A stretch of DNA of 32,610 nt, taken from positions 1 through 32,610 of the forward strand of contig JBHLLO010000032.1 of assembly GCA_048885535.1 (NCBI GenBank), written 5' to 3'. The translations under genes were made by a program, and so were the position numbers. This stretch comes from Candidatus Hermodarchaeota archaeon (GTDB lineage: Archaea > Asgardarchaeota > Lokiarchaeia > Sigyniarchaeales > SOKP01). Of the stretch, positions 17,780 through 26,716 are shown piece by piece. The notes under the pieces were generated by a model. That model saw only the letters and a list, made by a program, of their open reading frames with translations. It ran no database searches and was not told the DNA's origin. Numbering within the stretch: position 1 is the first letter of the stretch; each line of letters begins with the position of its first letter.

Positions 17780-20278
17780 ATGAATGATAAACTAATTCTT
17801 GAAAGAGATTTATTGAGAGTTTCCATAGAGGAACATAAAGATTTTACTTCAGAAATTATTGAAGTTAAGTTTAATAATCTTTGGATACCCGTTCTTGGAA
17901 GTAACGAAGGTTTTAGTACATTAAATTATTGGGAGAAAAAGATAAGGCATACTAAAAAAACTGTTTTTTTAAAAAGTAAAAAGAAGAAATTATATTATAC
18001 GATTGATGACAATGATTTTTTTCTTAATTTAGACTACTGTCTTGAGGAAGATAATATCCTTCATATTAGATATAAACTATCAAATAAAAAAATCTTTAAC
18101 ATATCTAAACTACTTATGAACTATTCTATTCTTCTAGGAGATAAACCTGATTTCACTTGGGTACCACATCTTCGTCCAGAAAGAGGTTGTATCATAGGAG
18201 ATCATGTATTTCGGTCCCCAGTACTTATCTATAAAAAAGGAGAGATTGCTTTTGCCTTTATTCCAGATTTAAAGACCCTAGAAAAGAATCATCCATTTCA
18301 ATCTTTTATGGATTTTAATTTAATCCCTGAAGATGGTACAAAAATTCCTCAAATTTCTTATGGTTTTGGAAATTACCATCCAACTCCTCACATATTTTTC
18401 AAACACGACCCATCTAAGACATGGAAAATTGAAAAGGATACCGACCTAACTTTACGGTACTATATTATTATCTTTATTAAGAAGAATGTATCTGAGATAT
18501 TGCAATCCATTAATAGATTCTTTTGGCAGAAATATATTAGAAAAAATCTTTATGGAAGTTTAAATCCTCAAGTATTACCATATGAGATAAATGTTAGAGA
18601 AGGCTTTGATGCTATATTTCAGAGACATAAATATTGGGGAACATTTCAAATTGATCAGAAAAAATGTGGAGGAATTTGGCAAAGATCATGGGCAGGTACC
18701 AAAAAAAGATCGATCGAATTCATAAAACCAGAAGATCTAGAAAATCATAGGCAAAGAAATTCTACCGAAACAGCTAGTTCTGATACAGGAATCCATAAAA
18801 TGATAAATGAGTTGATTTATGACACAGAAAAAGTAAAATGGTTTGATAAGTATACTCTTAAGCATGCCTTTGTTCCAAGAACTGCTGAAATTTGGAATAA
18901 TGCTTGGTTCCTTAATATCAGAACAGCATATAGCTTAAGATATTTTGGAAAAGAATGGAATGATAATGAACTTATAGAAAAGGGAAATCTCATATTAAAT
19001 ACGCTATTAAATCTGCCAAGAATAAATGGAATTTTCCCGAGTATTATCTTTCCAGCTGCTCCAGATTCTTCAACTATTTCATATATCAAAGGGTCAAAGG
19101 CTTATCTTTACAGTGATGAGTATAATTTAATAGACGCTAGCCTTGCAATGTATTGGGCTCTTAAATATTATAATGATTTTGATGAGAAAGAGGAAATAAT
19201 TGAAAAAAGTAAAGATTTATATGAATTTATATCTGAAATCTGGAAAAAAACAACAAAAATTCCAGTATTTATCAGCATTTCAGAAGAAGATATCAGAATT
19301 AATGATGCTTTATTAAACTCAGCTAGTTCTGGAGCAGTCCTAATGTTCCTAACAGAGTTATATAAAAAGACCAAAAATCAGGAGATTATTTTAATAGCAC
19401 AGAAAATTGCTGATTTTATTCAAGAGCACATAATCCCAGAAAATAAATGGCATGATTTTGAGCCTTTTTTCAGTTGCACTAAATTTCCTGTAAATTTCTT
19501 TGATAATTATACTAATAGTCATGTAATGAATACATTATGTATTTATTGGTGTGCTGAAGGTTTTAAGGAACTATATAAAATAACAGAAAACGTTGATTAC
19601 CTCAATGTAGGAGAACACATTTTAGCTGTCTTATCATTGTTTCAACAAGTTTGGAATATGCCTTACATTAGCTATAATACATTCGGAGGTTTTGGGGTTC
19701 AAAATGCTGATGCTGAATTAAGTGATGCCAGACAAGCCTTATTTGTAAGAACTTATATGGACTATTATCTTTTAACTGAAAACGAGGAATATATGGAAAG
19801 AGGTCTTGCAGCATTACGAGCATCTTGGGCTTTACAATTACTTAGACAATACGAAGGAATATGTCCTGGCAACATAAGGGATATTAGCACAATCGATACT
19901 GTTGATAAAGGGGCAATGTATGAGAATTATGGTCATACAGGAAGTGACTATAGAGTGCATGGCCAGATAACTTTTGATTGGGGTGTAGGTACTGCAGCGA
20001 TGGCAACTGCTTATGCTAAAAGTAATTTTAGTGATTTATTCATAGATTTCAAGAGGAAATTCGTATTTGGAATAGATGGTATTCTAATAAAGTCTTTTGA
20101 ATTTAAGGAAAATAGAATAAATGTAATTTATGAGAAATTACCAGAAAAAAATCAAATAATTGTTAAATCTAGAGGTAATCCATACTCTGGAGTAGAACTA
20201 TTTCTTAACGAACTCTCCTTTGGAGTTATTAAAAGCAAATTATTAGAATCTGGATTTAAGATAGATATCAGACAATAA
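17780..20278 (+). CDS. Large hypothetical protein; N-terminal beta-rich region plus probable alpha/alpha-barrel (six-hairpin glycosidase-like)
   Basis: 832-aa ORF. Repeated helical hairpin patterns such as LTELYKKTKNQEII..AQKIADFI, FKELYKITENVDYL..GE and DYYLLTENEEYMERG. Fold is inferred. Confidence 0.6.
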   Translation: MNDKLILERDLLRVSIEEHKDFTSEIIEVKFNNLWIPVLGSNEGFSTLNYWEKKIRHTKKTVFLKSKKKKLYYTIDDNDFFLNLDYCLEEDNILHIRYKLSNKKIFNISKLLMNYSILLGDKPDFTWVPHLRPERGCIIGDHVFRSPVLIYKKGEIAFAFIPDLKTLEKNHPFQSFMDFNLIPEDGTKIPQISYGFGNYHPTPHIFFKHDPSKTWKIEKDTDLTLRYYIIIFIKKNVSEILQSINRFFWQKYIRKNLYGSLNPQVLPYEINVREGFDAIFQRHKYWGTFQIDQKKCGGIWQRSWAGTKKRSIEFIKPEDLENHRQRNSTETASSDTGIHKMINELIYDTEKVKWFDKYTLKHAFVPRTAEIWNNAWFLNIRTAYSLRYFGKEWNDNELIEKGNLILNTLLNLPRINGIFPSIIFPAAPDSSTISYIKGSKAYLYSDEYNLIDASLAMYWALKYYNDFDEKEEIIEKSKDLYEFISEIWKKTTKIPVFISISEEDIRINDALLNSASSGAVLMFLTELYKKTKNQEIILIAQKIADFIQEHIIPENKWHDFEPFFSCTKFPVNFFDNYTNSHVMNTLCIYWCAEGFKELYKITENVDYLNVGEHILAVLSLFQQVWNMPYISYNTFGGFGVQNADAELSDARQALFVRTYMDYYLLTENEEYMERGLAALRASWALQLLRQYEGICPGNIRDISTIDTVDKGAMYENYGHTGSDYRVHGQITFDWGVGTAAMATAYAKSNFSDLFIDFKRKFVFGIDGILIKSFEFKENRINVIYEKLPEKNQIIVKSRGNPYSGVELFLNELSFGVIKSKLLESGFKIDIRQ

Positions 20279-20341
20279 TTTAATACTTATATTTATGTGA
20301 ACCAATAATAAATTATTAAGTAAAATCAATTGTCTAGTTAA

Positions 20342-21247
20342 ATGTTAACTTATTGGTTAGGTGTCTTATTAGCTGTTCTGTCGGGGATCTCACACTTCAC
20401 AGGGATGTTAATCGAAAAGATGATCATAAATCGATTAAGTGCAGATGCAAAATTAATGAGAAGTCTGGTAAGATCTCCATCATGGGTATTTGCGTTGTTC
20501 CTTCGCTTTGGATTAGGGACAATCTTTTTTTTAATGGCTCAAGTTTTTATTGGTCCCGCGATCATTCCAGGTTTAATGGCATCTGGACTAATTATATTAG
20601 CAATTGGTTCAGTGAAAGTAATTGGAGAGAAGTTAACATTACCAGAAATTTTGGCAATCTTTATGATGGTTGGAGCTATTAGTTTACTTGGATTAAGCGA
20701 ATTGTCAATTGAATTATCTGAATTTAATTTATTACAACTTCAATTTATAATTCGAATGACTGTTTTTACATTCGCTTTAGCTATAATAGCTTTATTATTT
20801 CACTTTATTCAGTCTAAATATGGAAAATTTAGAGGGATTTTATTAGCTCTCCTTTCAGGTTCTATGTTCTCTTTATCGAATTTTTGGACTGGAATTTTGA
20901 TGGGTGTAATCACTCAAGTATTTAGTGGAATATTTGCTATCGGAGAATTAATCCTCTTTATTATCTCTGCAATTGTTCTTGTTATAGTGAATTTATTAGG
21001 AGTAACTAAAATGGCTGCCGCTTTAAGATATGGTGATGCAAGTAAATTGGTTCCAATACAAAACCTGCCTACTCAGACAGCACCATCAGTAGTGTATTTC
21101 TTAGTATTTCTATTACTCCCACCAAGTACTTTATCTGTTGTGTTTTTTATTTTAGCCATTATATTAATTATAACTAGTTCATTTATATTAGCAAAGCGCC
21201 AAGCAGAATTAGATAAAATAAAACAAATGAATTCTGAAGAGGAATAA
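20342..21247 (+). CDS. DMT-superfamily (NIPA/EamA-like) membrane transporter
   Basis: About 9 TM helices. LVRSPSWV..L, IIPGLMASGLIILA...IGEKLT, ALRYGDASKLVPI. Confidence 0.75.
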   Translation: MLTYWLGVLLAVLSGISHFTGMLIEKMIINRLSADAKLMRSLVRSPSWVFALFLRFGLGTIFFLMAQVFIGPAIIPGLMASGLIILAIGSVKVIGEKLTLPEILAIFMMVGAISLLGLSELSIELSEFNLLQLQFIIRMTVFTFALAIIALLFHFIQSKYGKFRGILLALLSGSMFSLSNFWTGILMGVITQVFSGIFAIGELILFIISAIVLVIVNLLGVTKMAAALRYGDASKLVPIQNLPTQTAPSVVYFLVFLLLPPSTLSVVFFILAIILIITSSFILAKRQAELDKIKQMNSEEE

Positions 21248-21282
21248 GATTTAACTATTTAATGAATTTGTTATGATAAACA

Positions 21283-22893
21283 ATGGAAAAAGATAATATC
21301 ATTAAATCTCTTCAAAAAAAGTTACCATGGAATAAATTTTTATCTATCATGGAGACTGAGGGTTTTATCGCAACAAGCTCTCCAAATTTTTCTCAATTAA
21401 CTAATATAGAAGAGTATAAAAATGTATTTTTATCTGGTAAAGCAATATTCATTAACAATAAAATTCAATCTGCTGGTCTTAACGATCCCTCTTATTTACA
21501 TTTAACTCCGTATGTACTTTTTAGACCTAAAACTGAAAATCAATTAAAAAAGATCATCATCCACTCACAAAAGCTAAAAATTCCCATAACCTTTGCTTGT
21601 GGAAAAACTGGATTATCGGGAGGGTATTCTAATTACGGAATAACCGCGGATCTTGCAGATTTACATTCCTTTAAAGATGCCTTTACCATAGATTTGAAAA
21701 AGGAAGAAATAATAGTTGAGCAGAGCGCTCTTATCTCTGATTTAATAAAATATGTTCAATATCTAAGTAAAGGAAAATATATTTTTCCAATTCAACCTGC
21801 AAGTGCTTTAAAACTCCCTGTAAGGGTGGGTGGAGTTATTTCTTCAAATGCTAGTGGAGTTACATCAGGAAAATTAGGTAGCGCAGAAGATTGGATTATA
21901 AGTATGCGAATTATGAATCCTAATGGTGCGATACTTCAAATAGAAAGAAATGATCCACTTTTCAACAGGATTATCGGTGGAAATGGATATTATGGAGTTA
22001 TTCTCAGTGCTAAGTTTAAATTATATAAACCACCGTTAGAATCAAAAAGAGCAATCCTCTATGGAAACAAAATAGAATCAGCTTTTAATGGACTTCAATC
22101 TATTCTGAATTCAAAAGTTTTTCCTCTAATCAGTGAATTTGTGGTTTCAAATGAAAAATTACCGGGGAAATTTAATGATTTGAAATTTAAAATTAAAAAT
22201 GAATTATTGCAGATTAAATGGGCAGTATTAATTAAAGGAACTTCATATGAAGTCAATGAATTCATTAATATAATGCGTCAAAATGTAAAACTTAATTTTA
22301 TCTTTTTAGATGAAAATGAATTTCAAGATTATCTTCAAGAAAGGTCCACATTTGCCCTCTTGGTTCAAACTACGGACTCATCTACTGATTATATAGCATT
22401 CCCTGGGTTTGAGGATATCTTAAGTGAGCCTAAAAATTTACCAGAAATTATCGATTTAATTAACAATATTTTTGAGAACCACGGCTTTCATAAAATAATA
22501 TTTGGATATGGTCATATTAATTTCCGTCGAGGCCAAGGATTATTATTACACATGCGTTTACCTGTACCTATTGAATATTTTTATAGGGAAAATGAAGATA
22601 AGCTGAAAGATGTAAGCCACACAGTTTATGATGTAATAATTACACTAAAGGAAAAGTATAATGTTAAACATAAGGCAGAACACAGTTCAGGACCATTTGT
22701 TATTTGGTTAGATCAAGAGTTTCGAAGAAGTTTACAAGAAGATATTGAAATTAGTCATGCTTTTGAAAACCCACATTTAAGAATTTATGAAGAACTTCAA
22801 AGAAGTCACGGAATGCAGTTTCTCAATGGAAAAGAAAAAGAACGAAAAAGACTATTCATTGAAGTTTTGTCTTTATATCTCTCTACCTTTTAA
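21283..22893 (+). CDS. FAD-binding oxidoreductase (GlcD/D-lactate dehydrogenase-like, PCMH-type)
   Basis: RPKTENQL, GKTGLSGG, VGGVISSNASG, IGGNGYYGVILSAKFKL. C-terminal GYGH...H and AEH. Confidence 0.85.
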   Translation: MEKDNIIKSLQKKLPWNKFLSIMETEGFIATSSPNFSQLTNIEEYKNVFLSGKAIFINNKIQSAGLNDPSYLHLTPYVLFRPKTENQLKKIIIHSQKLKIPITFACGKTGLSGGYSNYGITADLADLHSFKDAFTIDLKKEEIIVEQSALISDLIKYVQYLSKGKYIFPIQPASALKLPVRVGGVISSNASGVTSGKLGSAEDWIISMRIMNPNGAILQIERNDPLFNRIIGGNGYYGVILSAKFKLYKPPLESKRAILYGNKIESAFNGLQSILNSKVFPLISEFVVSNEKLPGKFNDLKFKIKNELLQIKWAVLIKGTSYEVNEFINIMRQNVKLNFIFLDENEFQDYLQERSTFALLVQTTDSSTDYIAFPGFEDILSEPKNLPEIIDLINNIFENHGFHKIIFGYGHINFRRGQGLLLHMRLPVPIEYFYRENEDKLKDVSHTVYDVIITLKEKYNVKHKAEHSSGPFVIWLDQEFRRSLQEDIEISHAFENPHLRIYEELQRSHGMQFLNGKEKERKRLFIEVLSLYLSTF

Positions 22894-23028
22894 TTAAAAC
22901 TTTCTCCACCCATTCGATTTAGATTAATAACCTTATTCTTTAAATTGTAAACATTTATAAATTAAATTTGAAAATTATAATTATTTAATTATATCATTTT
23001 AATTAAGCGTTAGGGAGTTTATACATAA

Positions 23029-24912
23029 ATGTCAAAAGGGTTCTTTGGGAAGATATTATGGATCGATCTAGATAATTGTTCCTTTAAAGAAGAGCAGCTT
23101 GGACAAGAGATGTATAGAGAATATTTTGGAGGATATGGGTTAGCCTGTAGGTTAATATATAAATATCTTCCTCCAAAGACAGATCCCCTTTCTCCTAAAT
23201 CTATTTTAGGCTTTTTTCCTGGTCTACTCACAGGTACGATTACGCCTTTAAGTGGAAGATACATGACTGCTGCTAAATCGCCATTAACGGGGACTTGGGG
23301 AGATGCTAATTCGGGGGGATATTTTGGTCCAGAGATAAAGAAGTGTGGGTACGATGGAATATTAATAGTAGGTGCTTTTGATACCCCAAAATACATTTCA
23401 ATCATAAATGATCAAAAAGAAATTGTAGATGCTAATGGTATCTGGGGTTTAGACACAGTAGAGACTGATAAAAAACTAAAGGAAAGGCATGGAAATGTAC
23501 AAATTTCATGCATTGGATTAGCTGGTGAAAAAAAATCATTAATCTCAGGGATTGTGACTGATAAGGGTAGAATTGCCGCTAGATGCGGATTAGGAGCTGT
23601 CATGGGAGCAAAAAGGTTGAAAGCCATTGTACTTAAAGGAAATATTAAAGTTCCAGTAGCAAATAGAGAAGCTTTAATCTCAATAACTAAAAAATATAAT
23701 GAAGGAATAAATAATTCTGGACCTGGTACAATGACTGTTTATAAAACCTTAGGCACAATTGGTTTAACTGAAGCTTCTACTCAGTCAGGTGATGCTCCAA
23801 TTAAAAATTGGGGAGGAAATACTAATGATGATTTTCCAATAGATAGAGTAAGGAAAATAGGGGGCATAGAATTAAACAAGTATAAGATTAGAGAATATGG
23901 TTGCTTTTCCTGTGCCGTCCAATGTGGAGGAATTGTTAAAGTACCTGAACTTAACCTTGAAGAGAGCCATATACCCGAATATGAAACCTGTGCTTCATTA
24001 GGAGGACTTCTACTCAATGATGATAAACTATCACTATTTCAAATGAATGATTTATGCAATAGAGCAGGGATAGACACAATTTCAATTGGAGGAACGATTG
24101 CTTTTACAATAGAATGTTATGAAAATGGGATTATTAATAAAAACCAAACAGATGGTCTGGAATTGAATTGGGGTAATTCAAAAGCAATTGTAGAATTGAC
24201 AAAAAAGATAATAAAAAGAGAAGGATTTGGTAATCTTTTAGCCGATGGTTGTTATAAAGCTTCAAAACGTTTAGGTAAAGAGAGCGAAAACTTTGCAATC
24301 CATTCAATGGGGCAAGAACTAGGTATGCACGATTCAAAATTCTTCAAATCTTTAGGCATGAGTTATGCTTTTGATCCAACTCCAGGGAAGCATACTAACC
24401 CGAGTATTGATATAATGGCCATTGGACCATTAATTAAACCAAATGGATTGATAAATGGTCTAAGTTTACCTAAAAGATGGAAACGCGCTGGAACTGAGGA
24501 CAGGGCTACTGCTCAAAAGATTGTAGTTGGGTTAAAGCAGGCTACAAATGCCTTAGGACTATGTGAATTCTTAAACCTCTATCAAGAATACCCGCTAAAG
24601 GAAGTAATAAGTTCTGTAGTTGGGTGGGATCTTTCAATTGAGGAGATCTTTGAGGTAGGATACCGTATTCATACTTTACGTCAAGCATTTACAATTCGAG
24701 AGGGCATAGTTATGGCAAATAATACCCTTCCTGGGCGAGTAATAGGCGACCCTCCTTTCGAACTTGGACCACATAAAAGGAAAACAGTTAATTTTAAAGA
24801 GGATTACCAAAACTTTTGTAATGCAATAGGCTGGAATCCTAATAATGGTTATCCTTTAAAAGAAACTCTAAAAAGCCTAAATCTAGAATTTGTTATAAAA
24901 GATCTTTATTAA
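23029..24912 (+). CDS. aor: Aldehyde:ferredoxin oxidoreductase family (W/Mo-pterin) protein
   Basis: GFFGKILWIDL, GGYGLA, KSPLTG, NSGGYFG, GLGAVMGAKRLKAI, CFSCAVQC, PEYET, GIDTIS, GLCEF. Confidence 0.95.
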   Translation: MSKGFFGKILWIDLDNCSFKEEQLGQEMYREYFGGYGLACRLIYKYLPPKTDPLSPKSILGFFPGLLTGTITPLSGRYMTAAKSPLTGTWGDANSGGYFGPEIKKCGYDGILIVGAFDTPKYISIINDQKEIVDANGIWGLDTVETDKKLKERHGNVQISCIGLAGEKKSLISGIVTDKGRIAARCGLGAVMGAKRLKAIVLKGNIKVPVANREALISITKKYNEGINNSGPGTMTVYKTLGTIGLTEASTQSGDAPIKNWGGNTNDDFPIDRVRKIGGIELNKYKIREYGCFSCAVQCGGIVKVPELNLEESHIPEYETCASLGGLLLNDDKLSLFQMNDLCNRAGIDTISIGGTIAFTIECYENGIINKNQTDGLELNWGNSKAIVELTKKIIKREGFGNLLADGCYKASKRLGKESENFAIHSMGQELGMHDSKFFKSLGMSYAFDPTPGKHTNPSIDIMAIGPLIKPNGLINGLSLPKRWKRAGTEDRATAQKIVVGLKQATNALGLCEFLNLYQEYPLKEVISSVVGWDLSIEEIFEVGYRIHTLRQAFTIREGIVMANNTLPGRVIGDPPFELGPHKRKTVNFKEDYQNFCNAIGWNPNNGYPLKETLKSLNLEFVIKDLY

Positions 24913-24991
24913 ATCTATAAACCATTTCATTTTTTATTTTGTATAATATGTTAAAATTTTAAATATCAATTCTACCTAAATTTAATAGCTT

Positions 24992-25870
24992 ATGGTGAAT
25001 GAACTCAAAATAGTGAAAACGCCAATCATATCATGCTCAAGAAGAACAGATGTTCCAGCATTTTTGATGGATTGGGTTATTGGAAAAATAAAAGTAGGAT
25101 ATGTTGACGTGACAAATCCATTCAATATAAGTCAAATATATCGCGTATCCTTAAAACCAAAGCACGTAAAGTGTTGGGTCTGGTGGAGTAAGAACTTCAA
25201 TAATTGGATTAAAGCATACAAAACACACTTACCTCTCTTTAAGTTATATAAAGGACATTCTTTTCAATTTACAATAAATTCACCCTCTGAGGTAGAAGGC
25301 AATATTAAAATTTCTTTAGAGGAGAGATTTAACCAATTAGAGTGGTTATTAGAGAATTTTGGAAATATAGCCGTAAGTTTTAGGTTTGATCCAATAATAT
25401 TTTATAAAAAAAGAGGTTCTGAATCTCTTAAAAGCAATCTAGATAAATTTGAGTATATTATCCAAAATATTTCATCGCTAGGGCTTGATAAAATGATTTT
25501 TTCTTTTGCAACAATTTATTCAAAAGTAAAATATAGAATGTTGTCGAGAGGCTTTATTCCAATCGATCCTCCAATTAAAAAGAAAAAACAGATATTAATC
25601 AAATTAATAAATATCTGTCAAAAATATGAGATAAAAATGCAAGCATGCTGCCAACCAGATTTGCTAGATATAAATGGAATTGAACAAGCACACTGTATTG
25701 ATGCTTATAAAATTGAAAAGATTGTAGGAGAACTCATTCCAAAAATAAAGGACTCAGGACAAAGGAAAAGTTGTGGATGTTATAAATCAAAAGATATAGG
25801 GGGGTATACAGGAATTTTTCGATGTATTCATAATTGCCACTATTGCTATGCTTCACCAGCTAAGAAATAA
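24992..25870 (+). CDS. DUF1848 family protein (C-terminal CxxxCxxC)
   Basis: IISCSRRTDVPAF, V.NPFN, VWWSKN, FQFTI, RFDPI, D.GQR..CGC..SKDIG.Y...CIHNCHYCYA. Confidence 0.9.
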   Translation: MVNELKIVKTPIISCSRRTDVPAFLMDWVIGKIKVGYVDVTNPFNISQIYRVSLKPKHVKCWVWWSKNFNNWIKAYKTHLPLFKLYKGHSFQFTINSPSEVEGNIKISLEERFNQLEWLLENFGNIAVSFRFDPIIFYKKRGSESLKSNLDKFEYIIQNISSLGLDKMIFSFATIYSKVKYRMLSRGFIPIDPPIKKKKQILIKLINICQKYEIKMQACCQPDLLDINGIEQAHCIDAYKIEKIVGELIPKIKDSGQRKSCGCYKSKDIGGYTGIFRCIHNCHYCYASPAKK

Positions 25871-25881
25871 GGATATTATAT

Positions 25882-26331
25882 TTATCGAGGATAATCAATA
25901 AAATATTTATGTAATTCATGAAAAGGGGGAATGACACCTAATTCTTCAAATATATCATAAAAGCAGAACGCACCCCATCGATCATATACTTTTCCTTCTG
26001 AATTTATATATAAAATCGTTGCTCCTTCAAATTGAACCTTTTTGTTGGTAGGTTTAAAGCCCCATCCAGTTCCTTTGTGAGTTCCATGACCCTCATATCG
26101 AATCCAAACCTTATTGTTCTCAGTAGCCATCTCAACTATTTTATATTTTAAGTCTGGAAAAATTGATCTAAAATATTTTATCTCATGCTGTACTTGAGAT
26201 GGACCAACTTTGTTTATATGAATCCAGGTGGGATTATATTTTGAGTCAACAATTTCATCAGCCAAATCAAAATCAGGTTTACTCCACATAATTTCAAACC
26301 ATTTTCTTCCAATTTCTTCTATTTTATCCAT
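25882..26331 (-). CDS. SnoaL-like ester cyclase / NTF2-fold protein
   Basis: FPDLKYKIVEM..E.NKVWIR...GTHKGT.WG.KPTNKKV.F.G...GKV. Confidence 0.88.
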   Translation of the reverse strand: MDKIEEIGRKWFEIMWSKPDFDLADEIVDSKYNPTWIHINKVGPSQVQHEIKYFRSIFPDLKYKIVEMATENNKVWIRYEGHGTHKGTGWGFKPTNKKVQFEGATILYINSEGKVYDRWGAFCFYDIFEELGVIPPFHELHKYFIDYPR

Positions 26332-26416
26332 CTTTAATCTTATTTTATATTTTAAATTAAGTTATTATAATTTGCTTTATTTTTAAGTTCAATCAATTAG
26401 ATAATGGAACAAGATA

Positions 26417-26611
26417 ATGAATAACCAAATTATCAATGAATCTTATGACATTATTGTTATTGGAGCCGGTAATGGATGGTTGACTGCTTGTTGTGAAGTA
26501 GCAATGAAAGGAGTTTAAATAATATTGTTAGAGCAGCATAATCTGCCGTGGGGTTTCGCAACAAGCTTTGTGAGAGGTTGATTTGGATTTGAAACCTCTT
26601 TATATAAATTA
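26417..26611 (+). pseudogene. Decayed 5' fragment of a phytoene-desaturase-like NAD(P)/FAD-dependent oxidoreductase
   Basis: Translation from ATG 26417: MNNQIINESYDIIVIGAGNGWLTACCEVAMKGV*IILLEQHNLPWGFATSFVRG*FGFETSLYKL. This is a Rossmann GAGxGG and LEQHNLPGG..TSF.RG.F.FE pattern with stops at 26516 (TAA) and 26579 (TGA). The rest of the gene is missing. Confidence 0.85.
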
Positions 26612-26716
26612 AAGAATAATTCTAAAATCAAATATTCTGTTTTTTAAGGATAACTTTATCTTAAATTATTAATTCAAAATTTTTAATCTTCTTGTTTATA
26701 GGAAGTTATTTTAATA

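Noticed and set aside
21283-22893. Alkyl-DHAP synthase (ether lipid) call for the FAD oxidoreductase
   Set aside because: It lacks the HHH motif of ADHAPS and has an AEH motif closer to the 2-hydroxy-acid dehydrogenase branch.
26579-26581. In-frame TGA as possible selenocysteine
   Set aside because: It sits at a position that is normally Arg (CGA/AGA to TGA). The same frame also has a TAA stop and the gene is truncated, so this is decay and not recoding.
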